Source of the DNA: an uncultured Verrucomicrobiae bacterium
GTDB taxonomy: Bacteria; Verrucomicrobiota; Verrucomicrobiia; Verrucomicrobiales; Akkermansiaceae
NCBI GenBank assembly: GCA_963771945.1
Contig: CAVYVH010000002.1
Coordinates: forward strand, 1,243,063 to 1,307,062
Direction of reading: 5' to 3'
Length of the DNA: 64,000 bases
In this document: piece after piece, positions 30,740-40,294 of the stretch
How the letters are laid out: each line of letters begins with the position of its first letter
How positions within the stretch are numbered: position 1 is the first letter of the stretch
Translations under genes and position numbers: made by a program
The notes under the pieces: model-generated
What the model saw: only the letters and a program-made list of their open reading frames with translations
Database searches by the model: none
Told to the model about the DNA's origin: nothing

Positions 30740-31594
30740 TCAATCCCCGCTCCTGTCCGGAAGGTAGATCCAGCGCCAGTAGTCGAAAACCTCTTTTGCT
30801 TCGGGGTTCTCCTTCAGAGTGATCCTCTCGGCGTGCCGGCCTTGGATCGCCATCCGGAGGAACATGCTGGCGATGAAGATCCCGACCAGAACGATCACTT
30901 TCAGTGGAACCAATGGCTGCGCCACGATCTTGTGCTCGCCGAGGTAGTCCCAGATCGGCTTTCCGATCCGTCTGGTGGTGAACCAGCTCATTAGCTGGCA
31001 GATCGGGGAAAGGAATTTCCAGCCGAAACCGATCCCGCTGACGAGCACCCGCAGTGAGCGTTTCGTGGCCGCCGGCAGGCTCAGCAGGCTGTTGTCTTCA
31101 TTGCGGAGCCGCAGACCCATCAACCATTTTCCCGGAGTGGTGCCATACCGGTGAAGGAGCCAGGTTTCCAGCGCGAACCATGGGATGTACATGGGCAGAA
31201 GCATCCAGTCACTGAGAAGGACGGCTGCGATGTCCCTGCCGGCGAAATACAGACCCAGCCACCAGAGCGAGCCGTAAACCGTGAGATCCAGCCATCTGGC
31301 CCAGAACCGCCGCATGATGTAGGCTTTTGGTTTCACCACATCAGCGGTGCCGGGTTCAGGCTGGGGAAGCGGTGGAGGAACCGGCGCCTGATCTGACTCG
31401 GATCTCGGATCCCGTTTCTCAAACTCCTCCCGGAACAGATCCATTTCACCGACCTTCGTCCAGCCTTCCAATCCTTCGCTCCAAACTCTGGAATCCCGCT
31501 CGAGATCCCCGTGCTGAATCTTGGAGCGTATTTCGTAATCGGGATACGGCCCCGCTCTCTCACCTTCGCGTATGATCCAGAAATCCATGATCAA
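30740..31594 (-). CDS. RDD-family membrane protein with N-terminal GYF-2/DUF4339-like domain
   Basis: W.IREGERAGPY...VWSEGLEGW; RRFWARWLD, TTPGKWLMGLR. Confidence 0.85.
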   Translation of the reverse strand: MIMDFWIIREGERAGPYPDYEIRSKIQHGDLERDSRVWSEGLEGWTKVGEMDLFREEFEKRDPRSESDQAPVPPPLPQPEPGTADVVKPKAYIMRRFWARWLDLTVYGSLWWLGLYFAGRDIAAVLLSDWMLLPMYIPWFALETWLLHRYGTTPGKWLMGLRLRNEDNSLLSLPAATKRSLRVLVSGIGFGWKFLSPICQLMSWFTTRRIGKPIWDYLGEHKIVAQPLVPLKVIVLVGIFIASMFLRMAIQGRHAERITLKENPEAKEVFDYWRWIYLPDRSGD

Positions 31595-33273
31595 AGGTTT
31601 CTCAGGGATTTCGCGGCATCACTGCGGGCGGCGAAAAACGCGGGGACGAGGGCGGCGAGGGAACAGAGGACGAATGCCATGAAGCCGATCACCGCCTGCT
31701 CGGCAGGATCGTTATGAGCGGGCAGGACGCCGAAGCCGGTCAGGGACGCGGAGAACGGATCAAAGCCGATCGCCCTCATCCCTTCCTGCACACCGCCGCG
31801 GAAATGGATCACCAGCCTTCCGAGGCCGACCCCAAGAGCGGCACCGAGCAGCCCGAGTATCATGCCCTGGTAGAGGAAGACGCGCACGATTTGACCGGGA
31901 GCGGCGCCAAGCGCCTTCATCACGCCGATCTCCCTGCGCTTTTGGATCGTAACGGTGAACATCACCGCCATCATCGAGAACGCTGAAACCAGAACGATGA
32001 AGGAGAGGGCGAAATACATCATTACCCGCTGCTGGTTGATCAGTGCGAAAAACGCCTGGTACTGGTCTCCCCAGGTTTCCAGGAAACGATCCTGCCCGAG
32101 AACCTTCCGCCCGTTTTCCGCCACGGTTTCGGCCTGGTAGGCATCGTCCAGGCGCAGGGCAATTCCCTGAACGCCGTCGCCAAGACCAGCCAGATCCTGC
32201 GCCAATGGGAGAGGTACGAAAAGTTCCGGTGTCACGGCCATCTGGGAAGCGGAATACACTCCGGCGACGACAGCCTCCTTCGGCAACACAAGACTTTTCA
32301 ATCCTCTCAGAATTTCACCATCCAGCTTCTCCGCATCGGTTTCACCGAGGGCTTTGAAGGCCTCGTCAATCTCCTTTCTCACCTCCGCTGTGAAGCGAAA
32401 TTTTTCAAGCTCTTCCGGCTCGTCCTCCGCCCGCACACGCTCGCCCATTGCACGTAGCATGTCCTCGACCAGTTCCTTCTCGGGTTCGCGGATCTCCTCG
32501 TTGTAGATGAATTCCAGCGCGTTATAGACATCGATCAGTTCCGCGCTGCCCACGGTGAGGAGTTCTCCCTCCTTCTCCCATTCCCGTCCGAAGGTTTTTT
32601 GCGCCAGCGCCCATTCATCCGGATACGCCTCGCGGGCGACGGGCTTTTCGGTGGCCTTATAGGCTTCCATCACGCTTTCGAAATTCCGAGTCGAGTAGAG
32701 CCTCATCGTATCGCCCACTTTGAGTTGGAACTGCTCCGCAACGATGGAGGAAATCACCGCCCTGTCGTCCAGACCCAGATCGGCGTCGGACTCCGGGAAA
32801 TTTTTCAAATCCAGCATCGCGGCGACCCCTTCGACCTGAACGGCATCGGTCGTATCGATCCCCCGGAAACTCACCGGGCGCTGCCAGGAGCCGACATCGA
32901 GAATCACATTGTCGGCGACGTAGGCGGTCGCCGCGGCAACGCCTTCCAGCTTGGCAGCCTCCCCGGCGAGATCATGCCAGGTGGGGGCATCGGGATCGAC
33001 CTCGTCCTCCGGAAGATTCAGCTCCATGGATTTCACCAGGATATGGGGGGTGAATCCAAGCAGCCTCCCTTTCACATCCCGCTCCAGCCCGGCGTAAACC
33101 GCCATCACCACCACGAGCACCAGCACCCCCAGCATCACGCCGACGAGTGAAATCAGTGTGAACGAGGAAAGGACGGCACGCCGCGGGTTCAGATACCGCC
33201 GTGCCAACATCAGACTGAAAGATCGCTTCTTGATAGGCGGAATTAGCCCTATGCGGGCGTCTTGTTCAACCAC
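31591..33273 (-). CDS. LolC/E-type ABC transporter permease
   Basis: ARRYL, ISLVGVMLGV, QKRREIGVMKALGA, PAFFAAR. Confidence 0.9.
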   Translation of the reverse strand: MVEQDARIGLIPPIKKRSFSLMLARRYLNPRRAVLSSFTLISLVGVMLGVLVLVVVMAVYAGLERDVKGRLLGFTPHILVKSMELNLPEDEVDPDAPTWHDLAGEAAKLEGVAAATAYVADNVILDVGSWQRPVSFRGIDTTDAVQVEGVAAMLDLKNFPESDADLGLDDRAVISSIVAEQFQLKVGDTMRLYSTRNFESVMEAYKATEKPVAREAYPDEWALAQKTFGREWEKEGELLTVGSAELIDVYNALEFIYNEEIREPEKELVEDMLRAMGERVRAEDEPEELEKFRFTAEVRKEIDEAFKALGETDAEKLDGEILRGLKSLVLPKEAVVAGVYSASQMAVTPELFVPLPLAQDLAGLGDGVQGIALRLDDAYQAETVAENGRKVLGQDRFLETWGDQYQAFFALINQQRVMMYFALSFIVLVSAFSMMAVMFTVTIQKRREIGVMKALGAAPGQIVRVFLYQGMILGLLGAALGVGLGRLVIHFRGGVQEGMRAIGFDPFSASLTGFGVLPAHNDPAEQAVIGFMAFVLCSLAALVPAFFAARSDAAKSLRNL

Positions 33274-33282
33274 GATCTGGAA

Positions 33283-34170
33283 TCAATATTCCCGCATCAG
33301 CATCCACTCCGCGATCTCCCGCAACCGCGCCCCGCGATCCTCGAAAATCTCCAACGCACCAAGCGCCTCCGCCGTCAGCCTCTCCGCCTCTTTCCGTGAA
33401 GCATCCAGTCCGATTACCGACGGGTAGGTCGCCTTCTCCACCGCCTCGTCCTTGCCAGCGGTTTTTCCGAGAGCTTCCGTTGTCTGGGTAACGTCGAGAA
33501 TATCGTCGATCACCTGGAAAGCCAGTCCGAGGGCATACCCGAAGGCGGTGATCGCCTCCAGCTCCTGTGCCTTCGCATTCGCACTCATCGCACCAAGCCG
33601 GACGGAGCAGGTCAGAAGCGCGGACGTCTTCGCCTCATGGATGGCGACAAGCTCCTTTAGCGAAAGCTTCCTCCCCTCCCCCTCCAGATCGAGCACCTGC
33701 CCGCCGATCAGTTTTTTGCTCCCTCCTGTAGCCGCGAGTTCCGCGACCATCGCGCCAACCGGAAACCGTTCGCTACCTTTAGCCCCGGACAGCAAAATGA
33801 ACGCCTCGGTAAGCAGGGCATCCCCGCAGAGCACCGCCATTCCCTCCCCGTAAACCTTGTGACAGGTTGCCCGCCCGCGCCGCAGGTCATCATCATCCAT
33901 GCACGGTAAGTCATCGTGCACCAGCGAGTAGGTGTGCATCAATTCCACTGCGCAGGCAGCCGGGAACGCATTCTCCCGGTGCCCCCCGCAAGCCTCCGCC
34001 GCCGCCACGCAAAGCACAGGCCGCAGTCTTTTGCCACCGGCGAAGACGCAATAACGCATCGCCCCATGGATCGATCCCGGGTTCTCGTTTTCCCCAGGCA
34101 AAAAACCGTCCATCGCGGCATCCACAGCGGTTGCCGTAGTTTTCAAATAATCTGCCAAAGCCGTGCTCAT
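33283..34170 (-). CDS. ispA: Farnesyl/geranylgeranyl diphosphate synthase
   Basis: GGKRLRP, HDDLPCMDDDDLRRG, GQVLD, FQVIDDILD, GKTAGKD. Confidence 0.92.
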   Translation of the reverse strand: MSTALADYLKTTATAVDAAMDGFLPGENENPGSIHGAMRYCVFAGGKRLRPVLCVAAAEACGGHRENAFPAACAVELMHTYSLVHDDLPCMDDDDLRRGRATCHKVYGEGMAVLCGDALLTEAFILLSGAKGSERFPVGAMVAELAATGGSKKLIGGQVLDLEGEGRKLSLKELVAIHEAKTSALLTCSVRLGAMSANAKAQELEAITAFGYALGLAFQVIDDILDVTQTTEALGKTAGKDEAVEKATYPSVIGLDASRKEAERLTAEALGALEIFEDRGARLREIAEWMLMREY

Positions 34171-34180
34171 GAGCGAATGA

Positions 34181-35185
34181 CTACAGGATCTCGGCAATCT
34201 GCACAGCGTTCAGAGCCGCACCTTTGCGCACCTGGTCGCCAACGACCCAGATGTCCAGGGCGTTTTCCAGAACGAGGTTTTTGCGGATACGGCCCACGAG
34301 GCAGTCATCCTTTCCGGTGGTATCGAGCGGGACGGGGAAAATCTTGTTTGCGGGATCATCCATTACCTGGACTCCCGGCTTGCCCTGGTAGGCGGCCCGG
34401 GCTGCTTCGACGGAAGGCCCATTGGAAAACTGCGCGGTGATCGACACCGAGTGGGAGCGGTAAACGGGGACGCGGACGCAGGTGCAGGAAACTTTCAGAG
34501 TATCGTGGCCGAGAATTTTCCGACCCTCGTTGAGCATCTTCATTTCCTCCTTCGTATAGCCGTTCTCGGTGAACGAATCGACCTGCGGGATCACGTTGAA
34601 CGCGATCTGGCGGGGATAGATTTTCGGGGTGAAATCCTGGCCGTTGGAGATGGCTTTCACCTGCTCCTCCAGCTCGATGATGCCCTGCGCCCCGGAACCG
34701 GAGACGGCCTGGTAGCTGGATGCGATAACCGTTTCCAAACCGAATTTTTCGTGAAGTGGAGCGAGAGCCATCAGGGAAATGATCGTGGTGCAGTTCGGGT
34801 TGGCGATGATTCCTTTCGGCCTGTGCTTGGCAGCTTCCGGATTGATTTCCGGGACGACGAGAGGCACGGCGTCGTCCATGCGGAAGGCGGATGAGTTGTC
34901 TATGACCACCGCGCCGGCTTTGGCAGCGGAGGGCGCGAACTCTTCGGAAATCCCGCCGCCCGCGCTGAAGAGAGCGATGTCGATTCCAGTGAAAGACTCG
35001 TGGGTGAGTTCCTTTACGGTGATTTCCTCACCACGGAATTTCATGGTCTTCCCGGCGGAGCGTGCGGAAGCCAGCAAGGTAAGCTCGCTGAGTTGAAAGT
35101 TGCGTTGCTCCAGGCAGAGCAGCATTTCCACGCCGACGGCACCCGTCGCCCCGACAATCGCCACATGAGGTAGTTTCATTTTCAA
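34181..35185 (-). CDS. asd: Aspartate-semialdehyde dehydrogenase
   Basis: GATGAVG, DNSSAFRM, ANPNCTT, YQAVSGSG, KGAALNAVQIAE. Confidence 0.97.
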   Translation of the reverse strand: MKMKLPHVAIVGATGAVGVEMLLCLEQRNFQLSELTLLASARSAGKTMKFRGEEITVKELTHESFTGIDIALFSAGGGISEEFAPSAAKAGAVVIDNSSAFRMDDAVPLVVPEINPEAAKHRPKGIIANPNCTTIISLMALAPLHEKFGLETVIASSYQAVSGSGAQGIIELEEQVKAISNGQDFTPKIYPRQIAFNVIPQVDSFTENGYTKEEMKMLNEGRKILGHDTLKVSCTCVRVPVYRSHSVSITAQFSNGPSVEAARAAYQGKPGVQVMDDPANKIFPVPLDTTGKDDCLVGRIRKNLVLENALDIWVVGDQVRKGAALNAVQIAEIL

Positions 35186-35315
35186 AAATCCGGCACGGCC
35201 GGGTCGCGGACGATAAACAGAAGCACCTGCGGTGCAATACTTATCCCGCGTAGCTCCGCGCTACCTCGCTTTTCTTGACATTCCGGGAAGCATTTGTTTT
35301 AAACCGTGTGCCGCC

Positions 35316-35657
35316 ATGGCCAGAAAACAATACACAGCAAAGAAGCTTGCGAGCGTTGAGACATCCACGCGGTTGATCCGCGGGATCAACCGTATCCTTT
35401 GTTTTTGCGTGGCCATCGCCTTCGGTCTGCTCATCGCGGCAACCGCCGCTCCGCAGAAGGAGGAGTATGAGAAGCTCCAGGCCAAGCTGCGCCAGACCCA
35501 GGCACGGGAGGAGGCCGCCCTCGCACGTAAGGAATACAAGGAAATCCAGCTCCACGCGCTGCGGGAAGACACCGCCTATCTGGAAATCCAGGCACGCGAC
35601 CGCCTTAACTACTACCGCCCCGGCGAGCGCGTCCTTCGCTTCGACCGCGACCGCTGA
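35316..35657 (+). CDS. Septum formation initiator (FtsB/DivIC-like)
   Basis: One TM helix, coiled coil, YLEIQARDRLNYYRPGE. Confidence 0.8.
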   Translation: MARKQYTAKKLASVETSTRLIRGINRILCFCVAIAFGLLIAATAAPQKEEYEKLQAKLRQTQAREEAALARKEYKEIQLHALREDTAYLEIQARDRLNYYRPGERVLRFDRDR

Positions 35658-35686
35658 AACCGGGGCATCTACATTAGAAATTTATC

Positions 35687-35829
35687 AACCGCAGATGAAC
35701 GGGATGAACGCAGATTGAAGAAAAGATGATGGTTTCAAATCATCCTGAACTGGCAAATCCCCTTGAAATTCCATCTAAAAATCAAAATCCCACCCTCTTT
35801 ATCTGCGTCCATCCCCTCCATCTGCGGTT
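35687..35829. repeat. MITE-like element with 29-bp inverted ends
   Basis: AACCGCAGATGAACGGGATGAACGCAGAT ... ATCTGCGTCCATCCCCTCCATCTGCGGTT (26/29 match). Confidence 0.8.
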
Positions 35830-35928
35830 AAATACCCCTCCTCCCCCCGATGCAGATCCAAATGTAGCGCCCTGCCGCCGATACCGTTCCCGATTGACCC
35901 CCGGCCACACCCCGAAGTAACTTTTCCC

Positions 35929-36612
35929 ATGCCCCGCGCGATCAAGGCCTTCATTCTCTTTCTCTTCCTTTTCACACAGGCCGCCCAGGCCGAGCATGTG
36001 ATCGTCTGCGGCGGGCCAGCTTTGCGGAAATGGGAGAACTACCGTGTGCCGGACGACCAGCATGACAGGTGGTGGGCGAATTTCGTCCGCGCCTCAACCC
36101 TGCGGATGGCCGAGGTCAGGCTCGCCTACGGAAAGGAAGCGCCGCTGGTGTGGCTCGTTTACCGCCCCGGATACGAGGCGCGCGGACGCGAGGATGGAAA
36201 ACCCTACACCAAATGGATCGCGGAACAGGCGGCCAAGCGCAACTGCACGCTGATCTGGTTCAACTCCACCGGTGATTACATCCGTAAAATCAATTCACGC
36301 CCGCGCAACTCCGTGGTGACCTACGATTACTTCGGCCACTCGAACAAATACGCGTTCATGTTCGACTACGGCAGCGACATCATGGCCGTCTCCACCGCCT
36401 GGCTGCACGAACGTGACATCCCACGTCTCAGCTCCTCGATTTTCACCAAAAGCGCCTACTGCAAATCCTGGGGCTGCCATACCGGATCCTCGATGTCCGC
36501 CGTGTGGAAACGCCATCTCGGCCTCCCCCTTGAAGGCGCGAAAGGGAAGACGCTTTACACCATGGTAGGCCGTGGGCAGATGCCACAGGGCTTCGGCGGC
36601 TGGACACGTTGA
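35929..36612 (+). CDS. Exported hypothetical protein, possible His-Cys peptidase fold
   Basis: Signal peptide AQA/EH; YFGHSN and SWGCHTG motifs. Confidence 0.7.
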   Translation: MPRAIKAFILFLFLFTQAAQAEHVIVCGGPALRKWENYRVPDDQHDRWWANFVRASTLRMAEVRLAYGKEAPLVWLVYRPGYEARGREDGKPYTKWIAEQAAKRNCTLIWFNSTGDYIRKINSRPRNSVVTYDYFGHSNKYAFMFDYGSDIMAVSTAWLHERDIPRLSSSIFTKSAYCKSWGCHTGSSMSAVWKRHLGLPLEGAKGKTLYTMVGRGQMPQGFGGWTR

Positions 36613-36656
36613 TTCCTCCCCCGCACATCAGTCCGTCCCCAGAAAAACTCTCGATA

Positions 36657-37628
36657 ATGATCCTTTCCGAACTCCAAGCCCTGCACGACCTCCCGTTCTT
36701 CGAACTCATTGAAAAATCCCGCAAGGTTCACCAGGACAACTGGGCGCACCCGGAAGTCCAGCTCTGCACTCTTCTTTCCATCAAGACGGGCGGCTGCTCC
36801 GAGGACTGCTCCTACTGCGCCCAATCCGCCCGCTACAAATCAGGGGTCGATTCCGAGCGACTCATGGCCAAGTGCGATGTGATGGAGCGCGCGAAGGTCG
36901 CCGCAGAAACCGGCTCCACCCGTTTCTGCATGGGTGCCGCATGGCGCGGTGTCCGTGGCGGTACAGAACGCTTCGAGCAGGTGATCGATATCATTCAGGA
37001 CGTTTCCAAACTCGGAATGGAGGTCTGCGTGACCTTGGGCGAGCTCGGCCCCGAGGAGGCGAAGCGGCTGAAGCAAGCCGGTGTCACCGCCTACAACCAC
37101 AATCTCGACACCTCACCGGAACATTATCCGAACATCGTCACCTCACATACGTACGAGGACAGGCTGCGCACGATCCAAAACGTGCAGGACGCCGGCATGT
37201 CCGTCTGCTGCGGCGGCATTCTCGGCCTCGGCGAGACCATCACCGACCGCCTGCGTCTGCTGGAAGTCATTTCAAATTTCGATCCGCAACCCGAATCCGT
37301 GCCGATCAACTCCCTCATGCCCATGCCCGGCACCCCGCTCGCGGAAAACCCGCAGGTGGATACTTTCGATATCGTCCGTATGATCGCAGTCACCCGCATT
37401 GCGATCCCGAAGGCGAAAGTACGCCTCTCCGCCGGACGCACCCGCCTTTCCGATGAGGCGCAGGCTCTCTGCTTCTTCGCCGGAGCAAACTCGATTTTCT
37501 ACGGAGACAAACTTCTCACCGCCAAGAATCCTTCGGTGGAAAAAGACCAGGTTCTTCTTGCAAAGCTCGGACTCTCCCCGCTTGCCCCGGTTCCGGCGGA
37601 AGAAGCGGCTCCCGCCTGTGCGGTTTGA
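36657..37628 (+). CDS. bioB: Biotin synthase
   Basis: KTGGCSEDCSYCAQS, RFCMGAAW, YNHNLDTS, CCGGI, RLSAGR. Confidence 0.98.
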   Translation: MILSELQALHDLPFFELIEKSRKVHQDNWAHPEVQLCTLLSIKTGGCSEDCSYCAQSARYKSGVDSERLMAKCDVMERAKVAAETGSTRFCMGAAWRGVRGGTERFEQVIDIIQDVSKLGMEVCVTLGELGPEEAKRLKQAGVTAYNHNLDTSPEHYPNIVTSHTYEDRLRTIQNVQDAGMSVCCGGILGLGETITDRLRLLEVISNFDPQPESVPINSLMPMPGTPLAENPQVDTFDIVRMIAVTRIAIPKAKVRLSAGRTRLSDEAQALCFFAGANSIFYGDKLLTAKNPSVEKDQVLLAKLGLSPLAPVPAEEAAPACAV

Positions 37629-37748
37629 GGATTGCAGCTTCCTGTTTTGCGAAAACAGATCCGTGCATAACGCAACAGTCGGGCACCCGGTGTCACCCGG
37701 AAACCTAGGTTTAGCGTCGGGCATGGAGTTTGCGAAAGGGAATGTGTT

Positions 37749-38315
37749 ATGAAAACACACGATCTCAGCAAAAAAACCATCGCAATTCTCGCAACCGACG
37801 GCTTCGAACAAGTGGAATTCACAAAACCCAAGGAAGCCGCGGAAAAAGCCGGAGCCACGGTTCATGTGATCTCGCTGAAGGAGGGAAAGATCCAAGGCTT
37901 CAACCACGCGGACAAGGCGGATACCTTCGCCGTCGATAAGACAGTCGATTCGGTGAAAGCGGACGACTACGACGGCCTCATCCTCCCCGGCGGAGTCCAC
38001 AATCCGGATGCACTCCGCGTGAACGAGGACGCAGTCTCCTTCGTTCGCGACTTCTTCAAGCAACACAAACCCGTCGCCGCAATCTGCCATGGGTCGTGGA
38101 CATTGATCGAAGCAGGCGTGGTCGAGGGACGCACTCTGACCTCATGGCCAAGTCTGAAAACGGATCTCGAAAACGCCGGAGCAACCTGGGTGGACGAGGA
38201 AGTCCATTGCGACCAGGGACTGGTGACCAGCCGCAACCCGGATGACATTCCGGCTTTCTGCGAAAAAGCGATGGAGGAATTCGCGGAAGGAAAGCATCGT
38301 CTCCAGACCGCCTGA
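37749..38315 (+). CDS. DJ-1/PfpI-family protein
   Basis: DGFEQVE, LPGG, AICHG, VTSRNPDD. Confidence 0.93.
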   Translation: MKTHDLSKKTIAILATDGFEQVEFTKPKEAAEKAGATVHVISLKEGKIQGFNHADKADTFAVDKTVDSVKADDYDGLILPGGVHNPDALRVNEDAVSFVRDFFKQHKPVAAICHGSWTLIEAGVVEGRTLTSWPSLKTDLENAGATWVDEEVHCDQGLVTSRNPDDIPAFCEKAMEEFAEGKHRLQTA

Positions 38316-38381
38316 GAAAAGAATCAGAATCTTAAACAGCCCGGGATCTTCTCCCGGGCTGTTCATTCATTATCGCACACC

Positions 38382-39749
38382 ATGAAATCCATCAATCCCG
38401 CCACCAACGAGGAACTCAAATCCTACAAACCGCTTACCAAGGAGCAAACCGTCTCCGCGGTTGAAAAAGCCCACGAGGCGTTTTCCGACTGGAGACGGAC
38501 TGATTTCGCAACCCGGAAAAACGCCATCCTGAAATTCGCCTCGCTGCTACGCGACGACAGTGAACGTCTTTCCAAGCTGATCACCACGGAGATGGGAAAA
38601 CGTATCTCCGAAGCGCAATATGAAATCGAATACTGTGCGAACATCGCGGAATTTTATGCGAACGGTGCCGAGGAATTTCTCTCGAACACCCCTGTCGAGG
38701 TGGAGGATGCGGACGCCTACATTCAGCATACGCCTGTCGGCGCGCTGCTTGGAGTGATGCCATGGAATTTCCCGTTCTATCAGGTGATCCGCTTCGCCAC
38801 GCCAAACATCATGGCCGGGAACACGATTCTCATGCGCCACGCCAGCAACGTCCCGCAATGCGCCGAGGCCATCGAGAAACTGTTCAAAAAATGCGGGCTT
38901 CCGGAGGGAGTTTACACCAACCTTTTCGTTCCCACCGAATTCATCGACACGGTGATTTCACACAAACACATCCGGGGCGTCTCCCTGACCGGCAGCGAAC
39001 CCGCCGGAGCCGCAGTGGCATCGACCGCCGGAAAAAACATCAAGCGTTCGGTTCTGGAGCTTGGCGGAAACGACCCCTTTATCGTGCTGGAGGATGCGGA
39101 TCTCGAAGACGTTATCGAAAAGGCCGTGAAAGGGCGGATGGTGAACACCGGACAGTCCTGTGTCGCCTCGAAGCGCTTTATCGTGACGGAACCCCTCGCG
39201 AAAAAGTTTATCGCCGGGATGAAAAAAGCGATGGGGAAATTAAAAATGGGAGACCCCATGGACGAGGCCACCGATGTGGGGCCGCTATCTTCGGAGGGGG
39301 CGGCGGTTTCGTTGGAGAAACAGGTGACGTCCTCCCTCCGCGCCGGAGCGAAAGCCATTCTCGGCGGCGACCGTCCGAATCGCGCCGGGGCGTATTTCAA
39401 CCCCACCATCCTCACCGGAGTGACAGAAGAAAACCCGACTTTCGACGACGAACTCTTCGGCCCGGTGGCGACCATCTACACGGTAAAGGATGAAGCCGAA
39501 GCGATCACTCTCGCCAACAATTCCTCCTATGGTCTTGGCGGTTCCGTCTATTCCAAGGATATCGAACGCGCCCGCCGAGTGGCCGAGCGGATCGACACCG
39601 GCATGGTCTTCATCAACCAGCCGACAAAGTCCCAGGCCGAGCTTCCATTCGGCGGCACGAAGAATTCCGGCTACGGTCGGGAACTGTCCCATCTCGGCAT
39701 CCTGGAATTCGTTAACAAGAAACTCATCCACCACGGCAAATCGAAATAA
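38382..39749 (+). CDS. NAD(P)-dependent succinate-semialdehyde dehydrogenase
   Basis: MPWNFP, LTGSE, LELGGND, GQSC, ELFGP, PFGG. Confidence 0.9.
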   Translation: MKSINPATNEELKSYKPLTKEQTVSAVEKAHEAFSDWRRTDFATRKNAILKFASLLRDDSERLSKLITTEMGKRISEAQYEIEYCANIAEFYANGAEEFLSNTPVEVEDADAYIQHTPVGALLGVMPWNFPFYQVIRFATPNIMAGNTILMRHASNVPQCAEAIEKLFKKCGLPEGVYTNLFVPTEFIDTVISHKHIRGVSLTGSEPAGAAVASTAGKNIKRSVLELGGNDPFIVLEDADLEDVIEKAVKGRMVNTGQSCVASKRFIVTEPLAKKFIAGMKKAMGKLKMGDPMDEATDVGPLSSEGAAVSLEKQVTSSLRAGAKAILGGDRPNRAGAYFNPTILTGVTEENPTFDDELFGPVATIYTVKDEAEAITLANNSSYGLGGSVYSKDIERARRVAERIDTGMVFINQPTKSQAELPFGGTKNSGYGRELSHLGILEFVNKKLIHHGKSK

Positions 39750-39891
39750 GACAAAAAATATCTCAAGAAATCCGTTGAATTTCCTCCCCGGACAAACGTC
39801 TGTCCTTTGACAGGAAAACCGGGAGAGGTTCTTAAATCTCCTTGATCCTACCAACCCAGTAACTACCATTGAAACAACACCAGAAAACATT

Positions 39892-40155
39892 ATGAAAAAA
39901 CTATCCACACTCGCAATCTCGGCCTTCGCCGCATTCGGACTTAGCAACTGCGCCGAGCCTACCGGCCCCAACACCCAGCGCGGAGCGGCAGTCGGAGCAC
40001 TCGGCGGAGCGGCACTCGGCGGAATCATCGGCAACCAGTCCGGACGCGCCCTCGAAGGTGCTGCCATCGGTGCTGCCGCGGGCGGCGGCGCCGGCGCACT
40101 CTATGGCAACCAGCAGGACGCGGAGCAACGCCGCCGCTACAACAGCGGGTATTGA
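39892..40155 (+). CDS. Glycine-zipper lipoprotein
   Basis: Lipobox LSNC; GAAVGALGGAALGGIIG. Confidence 0.85.
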   Translation: MKKLSTLAISAFAAFGLSNCAEPTGPNTQRGAAVGALGGAALGGIIGNQSGRALEGAAIGAAAGGGAGALYGNQQDAEQRRRYNSGY

Positions 40156-40182
40156 TTCCTGATACGAACAGACCTTCACAGG

Positions 40183-40215
40183 AGCCGCAGGGATTGTTCC
40201 CTGCGGCTTTTTTTT
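40183..40215 (+). terminator. Intrinsic terminator
   Basis: AGCCGCAGGGA-TTGT-TCCCTGCGGCT followed by a T run. Confidence 0.85.
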
Positions 40216-40294
40216 ATTTGGATGAAACCCCCTACCCGTCTCTCATACTTGGGAAGCGGGTCAACCCCCTGCCTAATATTTTTTCCGTCCAGTC

